Assembly (NCBI GenBank): GCA_044440125.1
Contig: JBITAJ010000021.1
Span: 32,001-96,000, forward strand
Length of the DNA: 64,000 nt
Direction of reading: 5' to 3'
From: Sedimentisphaeraceae bacterium JB056
GTDB lineage: Bacteria; Planctomycetota; Phycisphaerae; Sedimentisphaerales; Sedimentisphaeraceae
Made by a program: the position numbers and the translations under genes. Under the pieces are notes generated by a model. That model did not search any database. It was given only the letters and a program-made list of their open reading frames with translations, and was not told the origin of the DNA. Shown here in pieces: positions 19,362 to 29,391 of this stretch (its first letter is position 1; each line of letters starts with the position of its first letter).

Positions 19362-20477
19362 TTATTCAATACTGCTGACAAGCTCAAGTGAATGAGGTTG
19401 AGAATTGACATTATCTTTTGCATTTATCACGGAGAGATGCTTACTTACGCGGTCGCATATTCCCAGAGTCCTCATAAGCTCGAATGTATGTTCGGCGGGA
19501 ACAAAAGGAGCCGCATCCAAAGCGTAGTATTCATAACACTTATCGTAGTAGTCTATCGGCTCGAAATCAGATAAACTCACGAATTCAGACTTCCATTCTA
19601 TATCTGAGTCCTTACGATACACCCTGCCTTCGGCTGCAAGCCTGCGTTCGACCTCGATGTTTCGGATTCGCTCAGGCTCACAGTATTTTACCTGCCAACC
19701 CTGATTTTCCTCATCAGGTATTATGCTGCCGTAGCGGCCCAGTATCTGCCAGCAAGGCAGCGGCTGAGGACATGCAAGATTAATCTCGATATCAAGCAGT
19801 GTTCCCGCGGCGGTTTCGATAAGTATCTTGACAAAATCCTCGGCATCACCAACAGAGATAAGATTTCTGGTAACGCAGTTTATATCGGAAGCCTTGTAAT
19901 CTGAAAGATAAAGAAGCTGATCGACGAAATGAGCGCCATAGTTATTGAGCATTCCGCCGCCGTATTTTTTGAGAGACTGCCAGTCGTTGCGCCTGGTATA
20001 CTCGAACCAGTTTCTGCGTATCATATATACCTCGCCGATAAGACCCTTCTGCAAAATCGATTGCAGTGAAAGGGTTTCGACCGTAGCACGATAAGGCTGA
20101 TAAACCATGAATTTGCGGTCAAACTTTTTAGCTCCTTCGCGCATCTCAATATATTCATCAAGATTCAAAGCCGCCGGTTTTTCGCAAAACACATCGCAGC
20201 CATGTTCAAAAGAAGCCAGCGTCTGCTCTTTATGAAAGGGAGTGGGAGAGGCCACTACAACCAGATCAGGCTTCTGCTCAAAAAGCATCTGTTTATAATC
20301 ACTGTAGCCATCGATGTCGTATTTTTCCACAGCTTCTTCAAGTCTCTCATCAAGCTTATCGACTACGGCAACAAGTTCAAAACCTTCTTTGGCGGTTATC
20401 TTTGGCAAATGAAACTGCCAACCTATTCTGCCAAGTCCTATAACGGCGGTACGTATTTTTTTCATTGGTTGTTTCAT
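19362..20477 (-). CDS. Gfo/Idh/MocA-family NAD-dependent oxidoreductase
   Basis: VIGLGRIG, ASPTPFH, CEKP, GGGMLNNYGAHFVD. Confidence 0.92.
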   Translation of the reverse strand: MKQPMKKIRTAVIGLGRIGWQFHLPKITAKEGFELVAVVDKLDERLEEAVEKYDIDGYSDYKQMLFEQKPDLVVVASPTPFHKEQTLASFEHGCDVFCEKPAALNLDEYIEMREGAKKFDRKFMVYQPYRATVETLSLQSILQKGLIGEVYMIRRNWFEYTRRNDWQSLKKYGGGMLNNYGAHFVDQLLYLSDYKASDINCVTRNLISVGDAEDFVKILIETAAGTLLDIEINLACPQPLPCWQILGRYGSIIPDEENQGWQVKYCEPERIRNIEVERRLAAEGRVYRKDSDIEWKSEFVSLSDFEPIDYYDKCYEYYALDAAPFVPAEHTFELMRTLGICDRVSKHLSVINAKDNVNSQPHSLELVSSIE

Positions 20478-20563
20478 AATAATTCAGTCTAATTGAGCGA
20501 TTGACCCGAAATGCTTCAGCCGAAGCTATCTAAATACAAAACGGTCAATTGCAATCGGTTCAT

Positions 20564-23311
20564 TTACTTACGAAGAAAACTTACCCGCGGCAAGCCTTTT
20601 TCGATCGGAATAAGAGCATTGAGCCTGCCTTCTCCAACTTCTACTGATATCCTGACCGTATCATTCTCCGGATCACTTTTACATTTTTCAACTTTTGCAG
20701 GCACGGGGACACCGCTCTTATCCGGCAGCAAAATCCATACATATGTCGTTTTGCCTTCTATCCTGTCGCGGTAAACGGCGGTGGAGCTTGCAGCTTTTTC
20801 ACCTATTTTCGGACTGTACCAGCCCTGAACGGGCTCCTCTTTGCCCTTGATCATATCTACTGCAAGATCACGATCGCCGGCCGGCATTATCATCAGATTG
20901 CCTTTGCCTTTATCATTCGTATAAACATTTTCGACATCGATTTCAACATTGCAGTCGGGATGGAAATGCCAGAGAACCTCGACATCACGGGGCCTGTCGG
21001 TATCTATGGTATCCGTTACCACCCAGCCCAATTCCGGCACGAAAAGCATCGTTCTGGTATGTTCGGCCTTTCCTGCGAATTTGGAGGCATCTTTATTCTT
21101 TACGCCATTGAAGCCATTTTTATAAATGCCGCGGGCGAAGGCAAATTCATCGTTTATCTCATAATCGCTGCCGGAGAGCGGCTGTGTCCACTGCTCTTCA
21201 CGGGCAGACTGCCCAAGGCCGTCGATAAGTATCAGGTTGTGAGAGTCCGAACCGGTGAAATAGTTGCGCCAGGGGTTCGATGTATCGTGGTAACCAGTGT
21301 AGGTATAACGACCGGCATCGACAAGAATATCACGTCCGCCGACCACTACTGAAATATGCAGTTTGTCATAATGCTGGTGGCCGATGCTCCAGGGGCCTAC
21401 CTCAAAATAGGACCAGTTGGAATCCTCTTTGAACCCGTCGCGGAAAACGGCCTGACCGGCCCACGGCATAACCACACTGTATGCGTCCTTTTCCCAACTT
21501 CCGGCCTGTCCTTTCGAGGCGATATATTTCATTTCATCATTGTCGTAAGCCACCGCGGTGTCTTTGACGTAATCGAGTATATACTCCTGATCGGAATCGT
21601 TGTTGAGGAGCCCGTAGCCGTTGGGCTTCATCACGTATGCCATATAGAGGTAAAGATTTTCCAGCCGGTCAACGAAATCTGCCGGTATGTCGATATTGTT
21701 TGCCTTGGCCAGATTTGCTACGCTGCTGAACTTGCTTACGACGATCCGGTTGTAATGAAAGGCAAGCTCCTTCTGCGCCCCGTCGGGATAGAACTGGGCA
21801 TCTATCTCTTTGCTCAATTCATCCAGGCCGTATTCAAGCCAATCGGAAGCATTCTTAAACTCGGAAAATGCTATCGCCGCCTCACAGATTGCTTTCATCT
21901 CGGCAACCTTAAAATTGCCGTCGTGGCGATGGTGCCAACGGAGAAACTCGCAGTGCTCAGGGATAGACATAAGCATATCGAACTTGATGTCGTCATCGAC
22001 ATTTACTCCGTCCCAGCCTGCCCAGAAAGACATCCAACTGGTCAGGCGAATCGCCGCATTGAGGCTGACCCATTGAGTCGTAGAGGGAACTGCCCATTTG
22101 CCTTTTTCGGTCTTTTCGATCTCCTCTTTGGGATAATCGTTGTTGTCGAACCAGTCTCTCAGCAGGGAGTTAAACAGATCCAGATACTGCTGCTGCCCGG
22201 TTTCCTTATATGCCTTGAGAATATCGGCCATATAGTAATGGCGGCTCAGCATAGCCGCATATTGGTCGGAAGCCGTGTTCGCCTGAGAATCCCAGACGAT
22301 CCGACCGTATTCGTTTCTCTCCAGTTTTCGTTCAAAACCGGCAAAATTGTAACAATCTTCCAATGCGTCTTTAGCAACGCTCTGCCAGTTAGACGATGGG
22401 GAAAAGCTGAAACCCCTGTAATTTTTTGCCTCGAAATATCTCACGGCGGCTTCGGCAGCTCTTTCGTAATCATTTTTGCGAACCGCGTAAGCAACCTGTC
22501 GCAAACCGGGGACAGTCAGATCGAGCTTCGTGAAAAATTCTTTTGCTCTCTGCTCTCTCCAGATGGACTGCTCCTGGGGGGTGCGGGGCTTTGAATGAAA
22601 CGGCATTACCGGACGAACGAGCGATACCGGAGCCGTGAATATCTCATTAATCTCATCGGTATTCAGAGCCTTGTTATAAACCCGCACATCATCAACGTAA
22701 CCGCCGTATATTTTGTTCGCGGCCGAGTAGCCGCTGCTTCTGCCGCCCACGGCGAAATAGCCCCACGACCACTCCTCGATATGCCCCTTCCTGGAAAAGG
22801 CATCCTTGCTTTCAGGAAGGCCGTCAACGTATAGCTCTCTTTTGCCGGTCTGGGAATTCCAGCAGGCGACGATATGATGCCACTGGCCGTCATTGATATT
22901 CGTCTTGCCCTTGAGCAGCGGCCCGCCCTTAATAAAGAAACCGGCAACGCCGCTGTCTGCCACTTCAAGGCCCCAGTAGTCGCCGCGGCCCAGGAGCCTG
23001 TTCCCGCTCGGGTTGTTCTGCGAGGATCTCACCCATATCGAAAGAGCGAGCTGAATATTAAGTGCATCGAATTGTCCGGCTTGATTGCCGCCCTGAAGCC
23101 AGCCCTGACCTGTCAAATCCGCACAAGAGCCCCGTACTTCATCGAAATAAAGCGAAGCCCCTCCCTTTGCGGCCGCATCGGGGAAACCGCTGCCGGCTGC
23201 CCGATTTGCCCAGGAACTGTCTTCAAAATCATAATGACAAACAAGTTCGGCATTAAGAAATTGAACGCAGCAAAACAATATAGTTGAAATCATTACTTTA
23301 GTGTGTAACAT
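20564..23311 (-). CDS. Secreted LamG + heparinase II/III-family lyase (PL12-like)
   Basis: Signal peptide; LamG (NDGQWHHI, LYVDG, VDDVRVYNKAL); catalytic part paralogous to 11091-13229 (YPDGAQKEL, GHQHYDKL, ILVDAGRYTY). Confidence 0.88.
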   Translation of the reverse strand: MLHTKVMISTILFCCVQFLNAELVCHYDFEDSSWANRAAGSGFPDAAAKGGASLYFDEVRGSCADLTGQGWLQGGNQAGQFDALNIQLALSIWVRSSQNNPSGNRLLGRGDYWGLEVADSGVAGFFIKGGPLLKGKTNINDGQWHHIVACWNSQTGKRELYVDGLPESKDAFSRKGHIEEWSWGYFAVGGRSSGYSAANKIYGGYVDDVRVYNKALNTDEINEIFTAPVSLVRPVMPFHSKPRTPQEQSIWREQRAKEFFTKLDLTVPGLRQVAYAVRKNDYERAAEAAVRYFEAKNYRGFSFSPSSNWQSVAKDALEDCYNFAGFERKLERNEYGRIVWDSQANTASDQYAAMLSRHYYMADILKAYKETGQQQYLDLFNSLLRDWFDNNDYPKEEIEKTEKGKWAVPSTTQWVSLNAAIRLTSWMSFWAGWDGVNVDDDIKFDMLMSIPEHCEFLRWHHRHDGNFKVAEMKAICEAAIAFSEFKNASDWLEYGLDELSKEIDAQFYPDGAQKELAFHYNRIVVSKFSSVANLAKANNIDIPADFVDRLENLYLYMAYVMKPNGYGLLNNDSDQEYILDYVKDTAVAYDNDEMKYIASKGQAGSWEKDAYSVVMPWAGQAVFRDGFKEDSNWSYFEVGPWSIGHQHYDKLHISVVVGGRDILVDAGRYTYTGYHDTSNPWRNYFTGSDSHNLILIDGLGQSAREEQWTQPLSGSDYEINDEFAFARGIYKNGFNGVKNKDASKFAGKAEHTRTMLFVPELGWVVTDTIDTDRPRDVEVLWHFHPDCNVEIDVENVYTNDKGKGNLMIMPAGDRDLAVDMIKGKEEPVQGWYSPKIGEKAASSTAVYRDRIEGKTTYVWILLPDKSGVPVPAKVEKCKSDPENDTVRISVEVGEGRLNALIPIEKGLPRVSFLRK

Positions 23312-23375
23312 CGAAACCTTTATCCTGAGAGGAATATGTCCTCATATAATTCATATCAATCGAAGATATTGGACA

Positions 23376-24197
23376 TCAATAATAAACATCCAGTTCCTGT
23401 CCACTCTCATTTGTATAGGTTGAAATCATTTTCATTTCAGATTTCTTTACTATCTTGATATGCCCATCCGCATAACAAACCGGATTATCAGAAGATTTAG
23501 TATCAGCCAAGCTTCGGGCAAAAACGGTAGGATCACCACCGTGAGAATAATCATAAAATCCTGCACTAGTTCTTACTATGTTATGAGAAATAAAACCTTT
23601 AGCAGAAGTGCATTCGGACGTATTTGAAGGCCAACGATCCAACTCCCGTTCAAATTCGCATTCCAGCCCTCGCGGCTTGAAATTAGCGTACCAGTTATAA
23701 GCAACCTCTCTGACCACTCTGGTTGGATTACCTCCAGATTCAAAGTCAGCATTCCAGCCGCCGTACCACCAGCCGCTTATTTGTGTTGGCTGATACCAGG
23801 ACGCGTCTGCGTAATAACCGAGCCATTCAGGTGTTTTTTTAGCAAATTGCTTTGTAGCCGGGCACACAAAGACTTCTCCATCGCCAAAATAACCATCCTG
23901 CATCAAATCATATATCTTGCTGTCATAATCATGGCCGGCTCTTCTGTCTGGGCTTAGCAGATAATTGGGCAATATATCGCCATGAGCGGCAAATTTACCG
24001 TCATTGTCAGCAGCAGAGGCAAACTGTGCATTGGCCTGCTGCTTCATATTGCTGATGCAGACGCTTTTTTGAGCCTGGCGTTTAGCCGCTCTCAGTGCAG
24101 GCATCATTATAGACATAAGTACAGCAATGATAGAAATCACCACAAGCAGTTCGATTAATGTAAAAGCTTTTCTGTTGTTATCTTTAATCATATTCAT
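23376..24197 (-). CDS. Prepilin-type N-terminal cleavage/methylation domain protein (DUF1559-like)
   Basis: KAFTLIELLVVISIIAVLMSIMMPAL..A...A....C.SNMKQ; FVCPA; C-terminal N..YADGH. Confidence 0.92.
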   Translation of the reverse strand: MNMIKDNNRKAFTLIELLVVISIIAVLMSIMMPALRAAKRQAQKSVCISNMKQQANAQFASAADNDGKFAAHGDILPNYLLSPDRRAGHDYDSKIYDLMQDGYFGDGEVFVCPATKQFAKKTPEWLGYYADASWYQPTQISGWWYGGWNADFESGGNPTRVVREVAYNWYANFKPRGLECEFERELDRWPSNTSECTSAKGFISHNIVRTSAGFYDYSHGGDPTVFARSLADTKSSDNPVCYADGHIKIVKKSEMKMISTYTNESGQELDVYY

Positions 24198-24216
24198 CCC
24201 TTGTATTGTGTAAATC

Positions 24217-24252
24217 CGGAAGAAAACCGGCCCCTATGACCGGCTTCTCCCG
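24217..24252 (-). terminator. Imperfect intergenic stem-loop
   Basis: CGGAAGAAAACCGG...CCGGCTTCTCCCG between the LamG gene and the pilin-like gene. Confidence 0.45.
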
Positions 24253-24261
24253 TATAAATCA

Positions 24262-25812
24262 TCAGTTACAATCTGCAGGATTCCAGAATCCACAATCAAG
24301 CCACTGATTTGCGATTATGGAATAATCTTCGAAGTTAACTTCCGAATCACCGGTCAAATCCATGAGTGGTACATAAGGCACGACAAGGTCATTCATATCC
24401 TGGGCACTCAGAACAACCGAGTATACTCTGACATCATCAATATATCCGCGATAGAAATCAGCACCACTGCTTGAGCTTGCAGCTCTTGCTCCCACGGCAA
24501 AACCATACGAGGTAGGTATAGCAACAGGAGTAATGGTTGACTGCGTATCGAGAATACCGTCAACGTACAGAACTATTTCACCAGTAACGCTGTCATAAGT
24601 GGCAGCAACATGATGCCACAGACCATCGTTGATCTCTGCACTTCCCGTAACCAGATTTCCGCTTATACCAAAACCAAGATTGCTGCTCGCAGAAACATAA
24701 AGGTACCATCCATACCCTTTTCCTACGATCTTGGCATTACCCCAGTTAGTAGTATTCGATTTAACGTAAGCCGCAACTGTCATCTCAGAAAGTCCGTTAT
24801 AAGCGGGATCGTAGCCGGCATAAGCCCATTCATCTGCTGAGTCGAAATACTGAAAACCGCCGACATAACCACGCTGCGGATCGGCAAAAATATTTGCTCC
24901 ACCCTTAGGCGCCAAAGTATAACCACCGGAAACGCTGTTAGTCCAATCATTGAATTCATAATAAGATACAAGATTTGTATCCGGCACGGCATTGGCCGCG
25001 GCACTGTCGAGCCAATCGGCGGCAAAATCCTTGAGATCGTCACTGTTTACGATACAGTCCCCGTTGAAATCCAGCTCCGAGGTATTGAGGCAGAACTGAC
25101 TCTGACTTGCAAAATTATACAATTGCTGAACTTCTGAGAGTGTAAGCACATTATCATACACTCTTAGGTCTTCAAGATATCCGTCATAGATACTTCCGCC
25201 CTCTGTAGTACCGTCCGCCACTGCACCGATGGCTGTTCTGAGTGAACTTACAATGCTTACTTGAGGCGAAGATTGCGTAACAGTGACATCAAGCTGGCCG
25301 TCAATGTAAATAGCGGCTTCACCGGTATTGGCATTGTAAGTAACGGCAACATGATGCCAGAGTCCATCAGAAATAGACTGAGTTCCTGTCAGAGTCAAAG
25401 CATCCGTATCAGTATCCAATGCTCCGAAAGCAGCCTTACCTTCCTGTATATAGGCTCGCCATTCATATCTTCTGCCGAAAAGCTGTGCGTATTCAATATA
25501 ACCGTTAGTACGTACCCACATCGCAATACTTAGTTGCTGTGTATTGACAGGATTGTATAAAATTCCCGGATATCCGACATGAATCCAGGCATCACCACTA
25601 AGATCGCCGTAGCAATCTATAGTCGGATAAGAAAACGCATTGGGATCAACACAGACGGCATCGGCTCCTCCAACAGAGGTTCCATCTCCGGCAAACTGAA
25701 TACTGTTGGTTAAATCACCCTCAAACTCGTAATGAGAGATAAGGCTCGCATCAGCAATTGAAAAGATACATAAAGTCAATATTATTGCTGTAATTTTCAT
25801 TTTCACAATCAT
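24262..25812 (-). CDS. Secreted non-catalytic protein: LamG - half dockerin - LamG - half dockerin
   Basis: Signal peptide; two DGLWHHVA LamG domains; DFNGDCIVNSDDLKDFAADWL and DLTGDSEVNFEDYSIIANQWLDC. Confidence 0.85.
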   Translation of the reverse strand: MIVKMKITAIILTLCIFSIADASLISHYEFEGDLTNSIQFAGDGTSVGGADAVCVDPNAFSYPTIDCYGDLSGDAWIHVGYPGILYNPVNTQQLSIAMWVRTNGYIEYAQLFGRRYEWRAYIQEGKAAFGALDTDTDALTLTGTQSISDGLWHHVAVTYNANTGEAAIYIDGQLDVTVTQSSPQVSIVSSLRTAIGAVADGTTEGGSIYDGYLEDLRVYDNVLTLSEVQQLYNFASQSQFCLNTSELDFNGDCIVNSDDLKDFAADWLDSAAANAVPDTNLVSYYEFNDWTNSVSGGYTLAPKGGANIFADPQRGYVGGFQYFDSADEWAYAGYDPAYNGLSEMTVAAYVKSNTTNWGNAKIVGKGYGWYLYVSASSNLGFGISGNLVTGSAEINDGLWHHVAATYDSVTGEIVLYVDGILDTQSTITPVAIPTSYGFAVGARAASSSSGADFYRGYIDDVRVYSVVLSAQDMNDLVVPYVPLMDLTGDSEVNFEDYSIIANQWLDCGFWNPADCN

Positions 25813-25827
25813 TCTCCTATGATTTAA

Positions 25828-26559
25828 TTAAGACATTTTTCTTCTTCTTAAAGCAATGGCACCAACTCCCAGCAGAAGCATAGTAGCCGGCTCAGGAACT
25901 CCTGAGAAATCCTGGATTTGTGAAAGGCTTTGAACGTCATTATAAATGCGTACATCGTCTATATATCCATGATAGAAACTCGCTCCTGCTGTCGAAGAGG
26001 TCGCCCTTGCAGCAATTGCATAACGGTCTGCATTAGGTATCGTACCGCTTACTATATCCTGAGCGTCCAACTCACCGTCAACATAGAGAGCCATCGAACC
26101 GGTAACAGTATCAAATGTTGCAGCAACGTGGTGCCAGTCACCATCGTTTATCGATGAATTACCTGTTACAACTCCACCACCCGCATTAAAGCCAAGAGTG
26201 TCATTGCCATTGACATACATATACCAACTGTAACCTCTGCCGGCAATTCTGGCAACTGAATAATTATTACTATTAGACTTAACCCACGCAGCAACCGTTA
26301 TCTGTGTGGTAACAGCGGCAAATGCAGGGTCGTAACCAATATGGCCAAACTCTTCTACACCGTCAAAATACTGGAAACCGCCGACCTGCCCCCTCTCTGC
26401 GTCTGTGGCTATATTGGCTCCACCGACTGGGCTTACGGAATAACCGCCGGAGACACTGTTGCTCCAATCCCCATCAAACTGATAATGAGATACCATATTA
26501 GCCTGAGAGAAAGAGACTAATCCAAAAACAACTAATAATAACACAAAATTCTTCAACAT
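25828..26559 (-). CDS. LamG-domain PEP-CTERM protein
   Basis: Signal peptide, LamG, C-terminal VPEPATMLLLGVGAIALRRRK. Confidence 0.92.
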   Translation of the reverse strand: MLKNFVLLLVVFGLVSFSQANMVSHYQFDGDWSNSVSGGYSVSPVGGANIATDAERGQVGGFQYFDGVEEFGHIGYDPAFAAVTTQITVAAWVKSNSNNYSVARIAGRGYSWYMYVNGNDTLGFNAGGGVVTGNSSINDGDWHHVAATFDTVTGSMALYVDGELDAQDIVSGTIPNADRYAIAARATSSTAGASFYHGYIDDVRIYNDVQSLSQIQDFSGVPEPATMLLLGVGAIALRRRKMS

Positions 26560-26627
26560 TGTTCAAACCCCCGAATGAGATTTACTAATTTTTTTCAGGC
26601 TTTCCGAAAAAACCTGCCTATGTTAGT

Positions 26628-26691
26628 GATTATATATTAAAAAAATGCTGAGCAAATGGTATATCCACGCATAAATATGTAAAATTTGAAC
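26628..26691 (-). promoter_or_regulatory. Candidate AraC-activated promoter, copy 1
   Basis: Plus-strand pattern GATTATA-N19-AAATGGTATATC-N4-CAT..TAAAAT.TGAAC shared with identical spacing at 28077-28140; TATAAT on minus strand. Confidence 0.72.
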
Positions 26692-26842
26692 TTTTCATTA
26701 AGGTTTTCCAGCTCAAAAAGCTTTTTTAACCACTTCAATCTGCATTATTTGAACCACCAAATATATTCATAAATACTGAAAAACCGCATAAAATACAAAG
26801 CTCAAGTTTAAAGTCAGCCAATATTTATATAAAGAGCCTCTA

Positions 26843-28003
26843 TCAAGGTATTTGATAATCGTTTCTGGCCTTCATCATTGCCCATACGTTTTCTGTCGGC
26901 GTTCCCGAGAGGATCGTATTGCTGCATCCGTGAAAATAATGGCTGCCCCTGCTGTCGCGGAGAACCCTCAAGCTGTAGTCGTATGCATCCTTTTCACTTC
27001 TCTGGTGCAGGAAATCCCCGCTCAGGTTTGCCCATATCACCAAATCGGGATACTTTTCTCTTATCGTCGCGGTAGTCATCGAAGCATCGTAATCCACCTC
27101 GCCGTAACCCGAGACATCCGCATCGTGAAATATCATATCCGCAACCGACCAGATATTGCCATCGGTCCTCCAGACATAATGAATCCCATGCTCCTTCGCA
27201 CGGGCCATAAGCTTTTTGAGCCGGGGAATAATAAGGCGGTTGAATATCTGCGGCGAATACATGGGCCCGTTCTTATCCGCCATATCCCCGCCGCCGAGCA
27301 CAACTTTTATTCCTGATCTTGCTATCAAGTCCAACTGTGCCAGTCCTAATTCAAGCTGGCAGTCGAGGATGTCGCCTATCGCCCCGGGGTCAAGAAAACA
27401 AGCCATTAGGGCTGCCTCGTCGAGCCCTACCGATAAAGTAGCCCCTCCTGCAACAACAAACATCTCCTCGCCGAGGGCGTCCTGAAGCTTGCGCTCAGGC
27501 AAAACGTCCATGCTTTCAATAACTTTAAGCTTTTCCGGCAGAGATTGCGCCATATCCTTGGCAACCTGCGGCATATCCTCCGGGTTCCTCTTAGGTGCGG
27601 TATTTTTCACGGGGAAATAATTGCCCGCGGTTTGATCCCATTTCCAGACTTGGTATATCCCATCGGGATCGCCATAAAGAAAGGTAAACTCATCGATCTG
27701 GCTGGTCGGTCTGTCGCTTTTGCGAAACCCGTAACGAAACACCTCTATATCCAGTGCCCTGTTAAGCTCGATCAGCGATTCTTCATATTTTTGCAGAAAC
27801 TCATCATGTGCAGAGCCGCCCGCGGCCAATGCCTTCGCCTCGGCATACCATAAACTCGGCCCGCCGGTATCAACGTTGCGGCCGAGAATCTTGCTCGCCA
27901 CCTCGCAGGCTATTGTAGGCGTATAAGACGGCATCATATCCGGCACGCCACCCTCAATTACCCTCATACACCTCTGATACGCAGTCAATTCTTTCTTATT
28001 CAT
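26843..28003 (-). CDS. URO-D/CIMS-like protein (divergent)
   Basis: LTAYQRC..PD, GGDMADKNGPMYSP, WRTDGN, IWANL, GCSNTI..TP.ENV.AM. Confidence 0.8.
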   Translation of the reverse strand: MNKKELTAYQRCMRVIEGGVPDMMPSYTPTIACEVASKILGRNVDTGGPSLWYAEAKALAAGGSAHDEFLQKYEESLIELNRALDIEVFRYGFRKSDRPTSQIDEFTFLYGDPDGIYQVWKWDQTAGNYFPVKNTAPKRNPEDMPQVAKDMAQSLPEKLKVIESMDVLPERKLQDALGEEMFVVAGGATLSVGLDEAALMACFLDPGAIGDILDCQLELGLAQLDLIARSGIKVVLGGGDMADKNGPMYSPQIFNRLIIPRLKKLMARAKEHGIHYVWRTDGNIWSVADMIFHDADVSGYGEVDYDASMTTATIREKYPDLVIWANLSGDFLHQRSEKDAYDYSLRVLRDSRGSHYFHGCSNTILSGTPTENVWAMMKARNDYQIP

Positions 28004-28076
28004 ATCTGCTTCCTATACCACCGAATGCTGTTTCAAAATTATTCTAACCTTCAAAGGCACACACCCTTTATTGAAA

Positions 28077-28140
28077 GATTATACAATAAAGGCATGTAAA
28101 AAAAATGGTATATCTGCACATCAGCATATAAAATATGAAC
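28077..28140 (-). promoter_or_regulatory. Candidate AraC-activated promoter, copy 2
   Basis: Same 64-bp pattern as 26628-26691; half-sites GTTCATATTTTATAT/GTGCAGATATACCAT 21 bp apart on the minus strand; divergent from araC. Confidence 0.72.
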
Positions 28141-28275
28141 ATACAATAACGCTTTTAATGCCCAAAAACATCTTTCTTAACTATAAATATGTAATATTCT
28201 TGCAGGAAGCACAATGCAGGATATAATAATCAAGTCTCATCTAATGAATTTGATTATTGACCGGAAGGTAAGCTG

Positions 28276-29178
28276 ATGAATTTTGAACAGGCAGCAAAAG
28301 AAGTAAATCAGGATAATAAAGGACGAGAAAAGTTCATAATAGAAAAGGTCGGTGGATACTGCCCTCATGTCGACTTGAATGCAAAACTCGGCTTGGTGCT
28401 GGTCTGCTACCAGAAGGACTTGCCCGGCGTAGCCGACACGATAAAAAAATACCCCTTCTATCGGCTTGGTTACACAACTCAAGGCAAAGTTGTCATTAAC
28501 GACACAAAGAAAGAATACACAATAACAGGCGGCACTTTCTACGCATTCAAACCCGGAGAAACCAGTTTTGCAAAATCTATCGGAAACAGTAACTGGTCGC
28601 ATTATGTACTTAATTTCATCGGCCCTGAAGCCGACGAGCTTATAAAAGCCAGCGGAATACTTGAAGAAAGAGTAGTAAGTATTAAAGACCAAAACACGGC
28701 GGAGAATATCTTGAGGTCAATACTTGACGAAAGGTTAAAAAATGCCGCAAACTCTCAGACAATATGCGAATATTATCTAAAAATATTGCTGCTCAACCTC
28801 TCTGACTGGATCATAGACATCAAAAAAGTCCATCAGACAGACTATGACACTTTCATAAAGTGCAAGAACTATATAGACAGTAATTTTATAGAGCTGGTTT
28901 CGGTTGAATCCATAGCTGCAAATTGCAACATATCACAACAGCATCTTGGTAGATTATTCAAAAAATATACACAGAAAACGCCTCTGAATTATCTTCAAAA
29001 ACTGAAGATGAACCGGGCATCTGTGATGCTTATAGAGACAAACCTTTCTATCGCTCAAATAGCTTATTTATTCTCATTCAATGACCAATTCTATTTTTCA
29101 AAAGTGTTTAAAAAAACATATGGAATCAGCCCACAAGAATATAGATCAACTATTTTTAATAAATTATCAAATTCATGA
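28276..29178 (+). CDS. AraC-family transcriptional regulator
   Basis: N-terminal cupin; ISQQHLGRLFKK..TP..YL, SIAQIA..F.FNDQFYFSKVFKK.YGISPQEYR. Confidence 0.94.
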   Translation: MNFEQAAKEVNQDNKGREKFIIEKVGGYCPHVDLNAKLGLVLVCYQKDLPGVADTIKKYPFYRLGYTTQGKVVINDTKKEYTITGGTFYAFKPGETSFAKSIGNSNWSHYVLNFIGPEADELIKASGILEERVVSIKDQNTAENILRSILDERLKNAANSQTICEYYLKILLLNLSDWIIDIKKVHQTDYDTFIKCKNYIDSNFIELVSVESIAANCNISQQHLGRLFKKYTQKTPLNYLQKLKMNRASVMLIETNLSIAQIAYLFSFNDQFYFSKVFKKTYGISPQEYRSTIFNKLSNS

Positions 29179-29391
29179 TATCAAGCGTCCCTGAATCATA
29201 TCTTTATTTAAAGCCATTTTTTTTCAACAGCTCTCGCAGAACTCGAGTTTCCTCGACGCAATAATCAATTGATTTTTGCATATCGAGTAGAACTGCTAGT
29301 GTAATACTCATCCGCTTCAATATTATTTCTGCATGTCAATAAGACGGATTTAATGTACTTATAACTGAATCTGCAACTCAATTTAAGTGAT

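Noticed and set aside
3771..20477. Oxidation-elimination (3-keto-glycoside) pathway from Gfo/Idh/MocA plus TIM barrel
   Set aside because: Genes are about 15 kb apart under different regulators and no DUF1080-type partner is seen
21356..22594. 412-aa plus-strand ORF
   Set aside because: Antisense shadow of the GC-rich LamG-heparinase gene
23376..24197. Calling pilin-like genes gspG/pilA of a secretion operon
   Set aside because: No ATPase, secretin, platform or prepilin peptidase genes in the window; C-termini are DUF1559-like
28237..28692. 151-aa minus-strand ORF
   Set aside because: Overlaps araC on the opposite strand
29240..29292. Imperfect inverted repeat around AATCAATTGATT between convergent genes
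   Set aside because: No second copy or target-site duplication, so not a MITE; cannot be supported as ncRNA. Possibly a weak terminator
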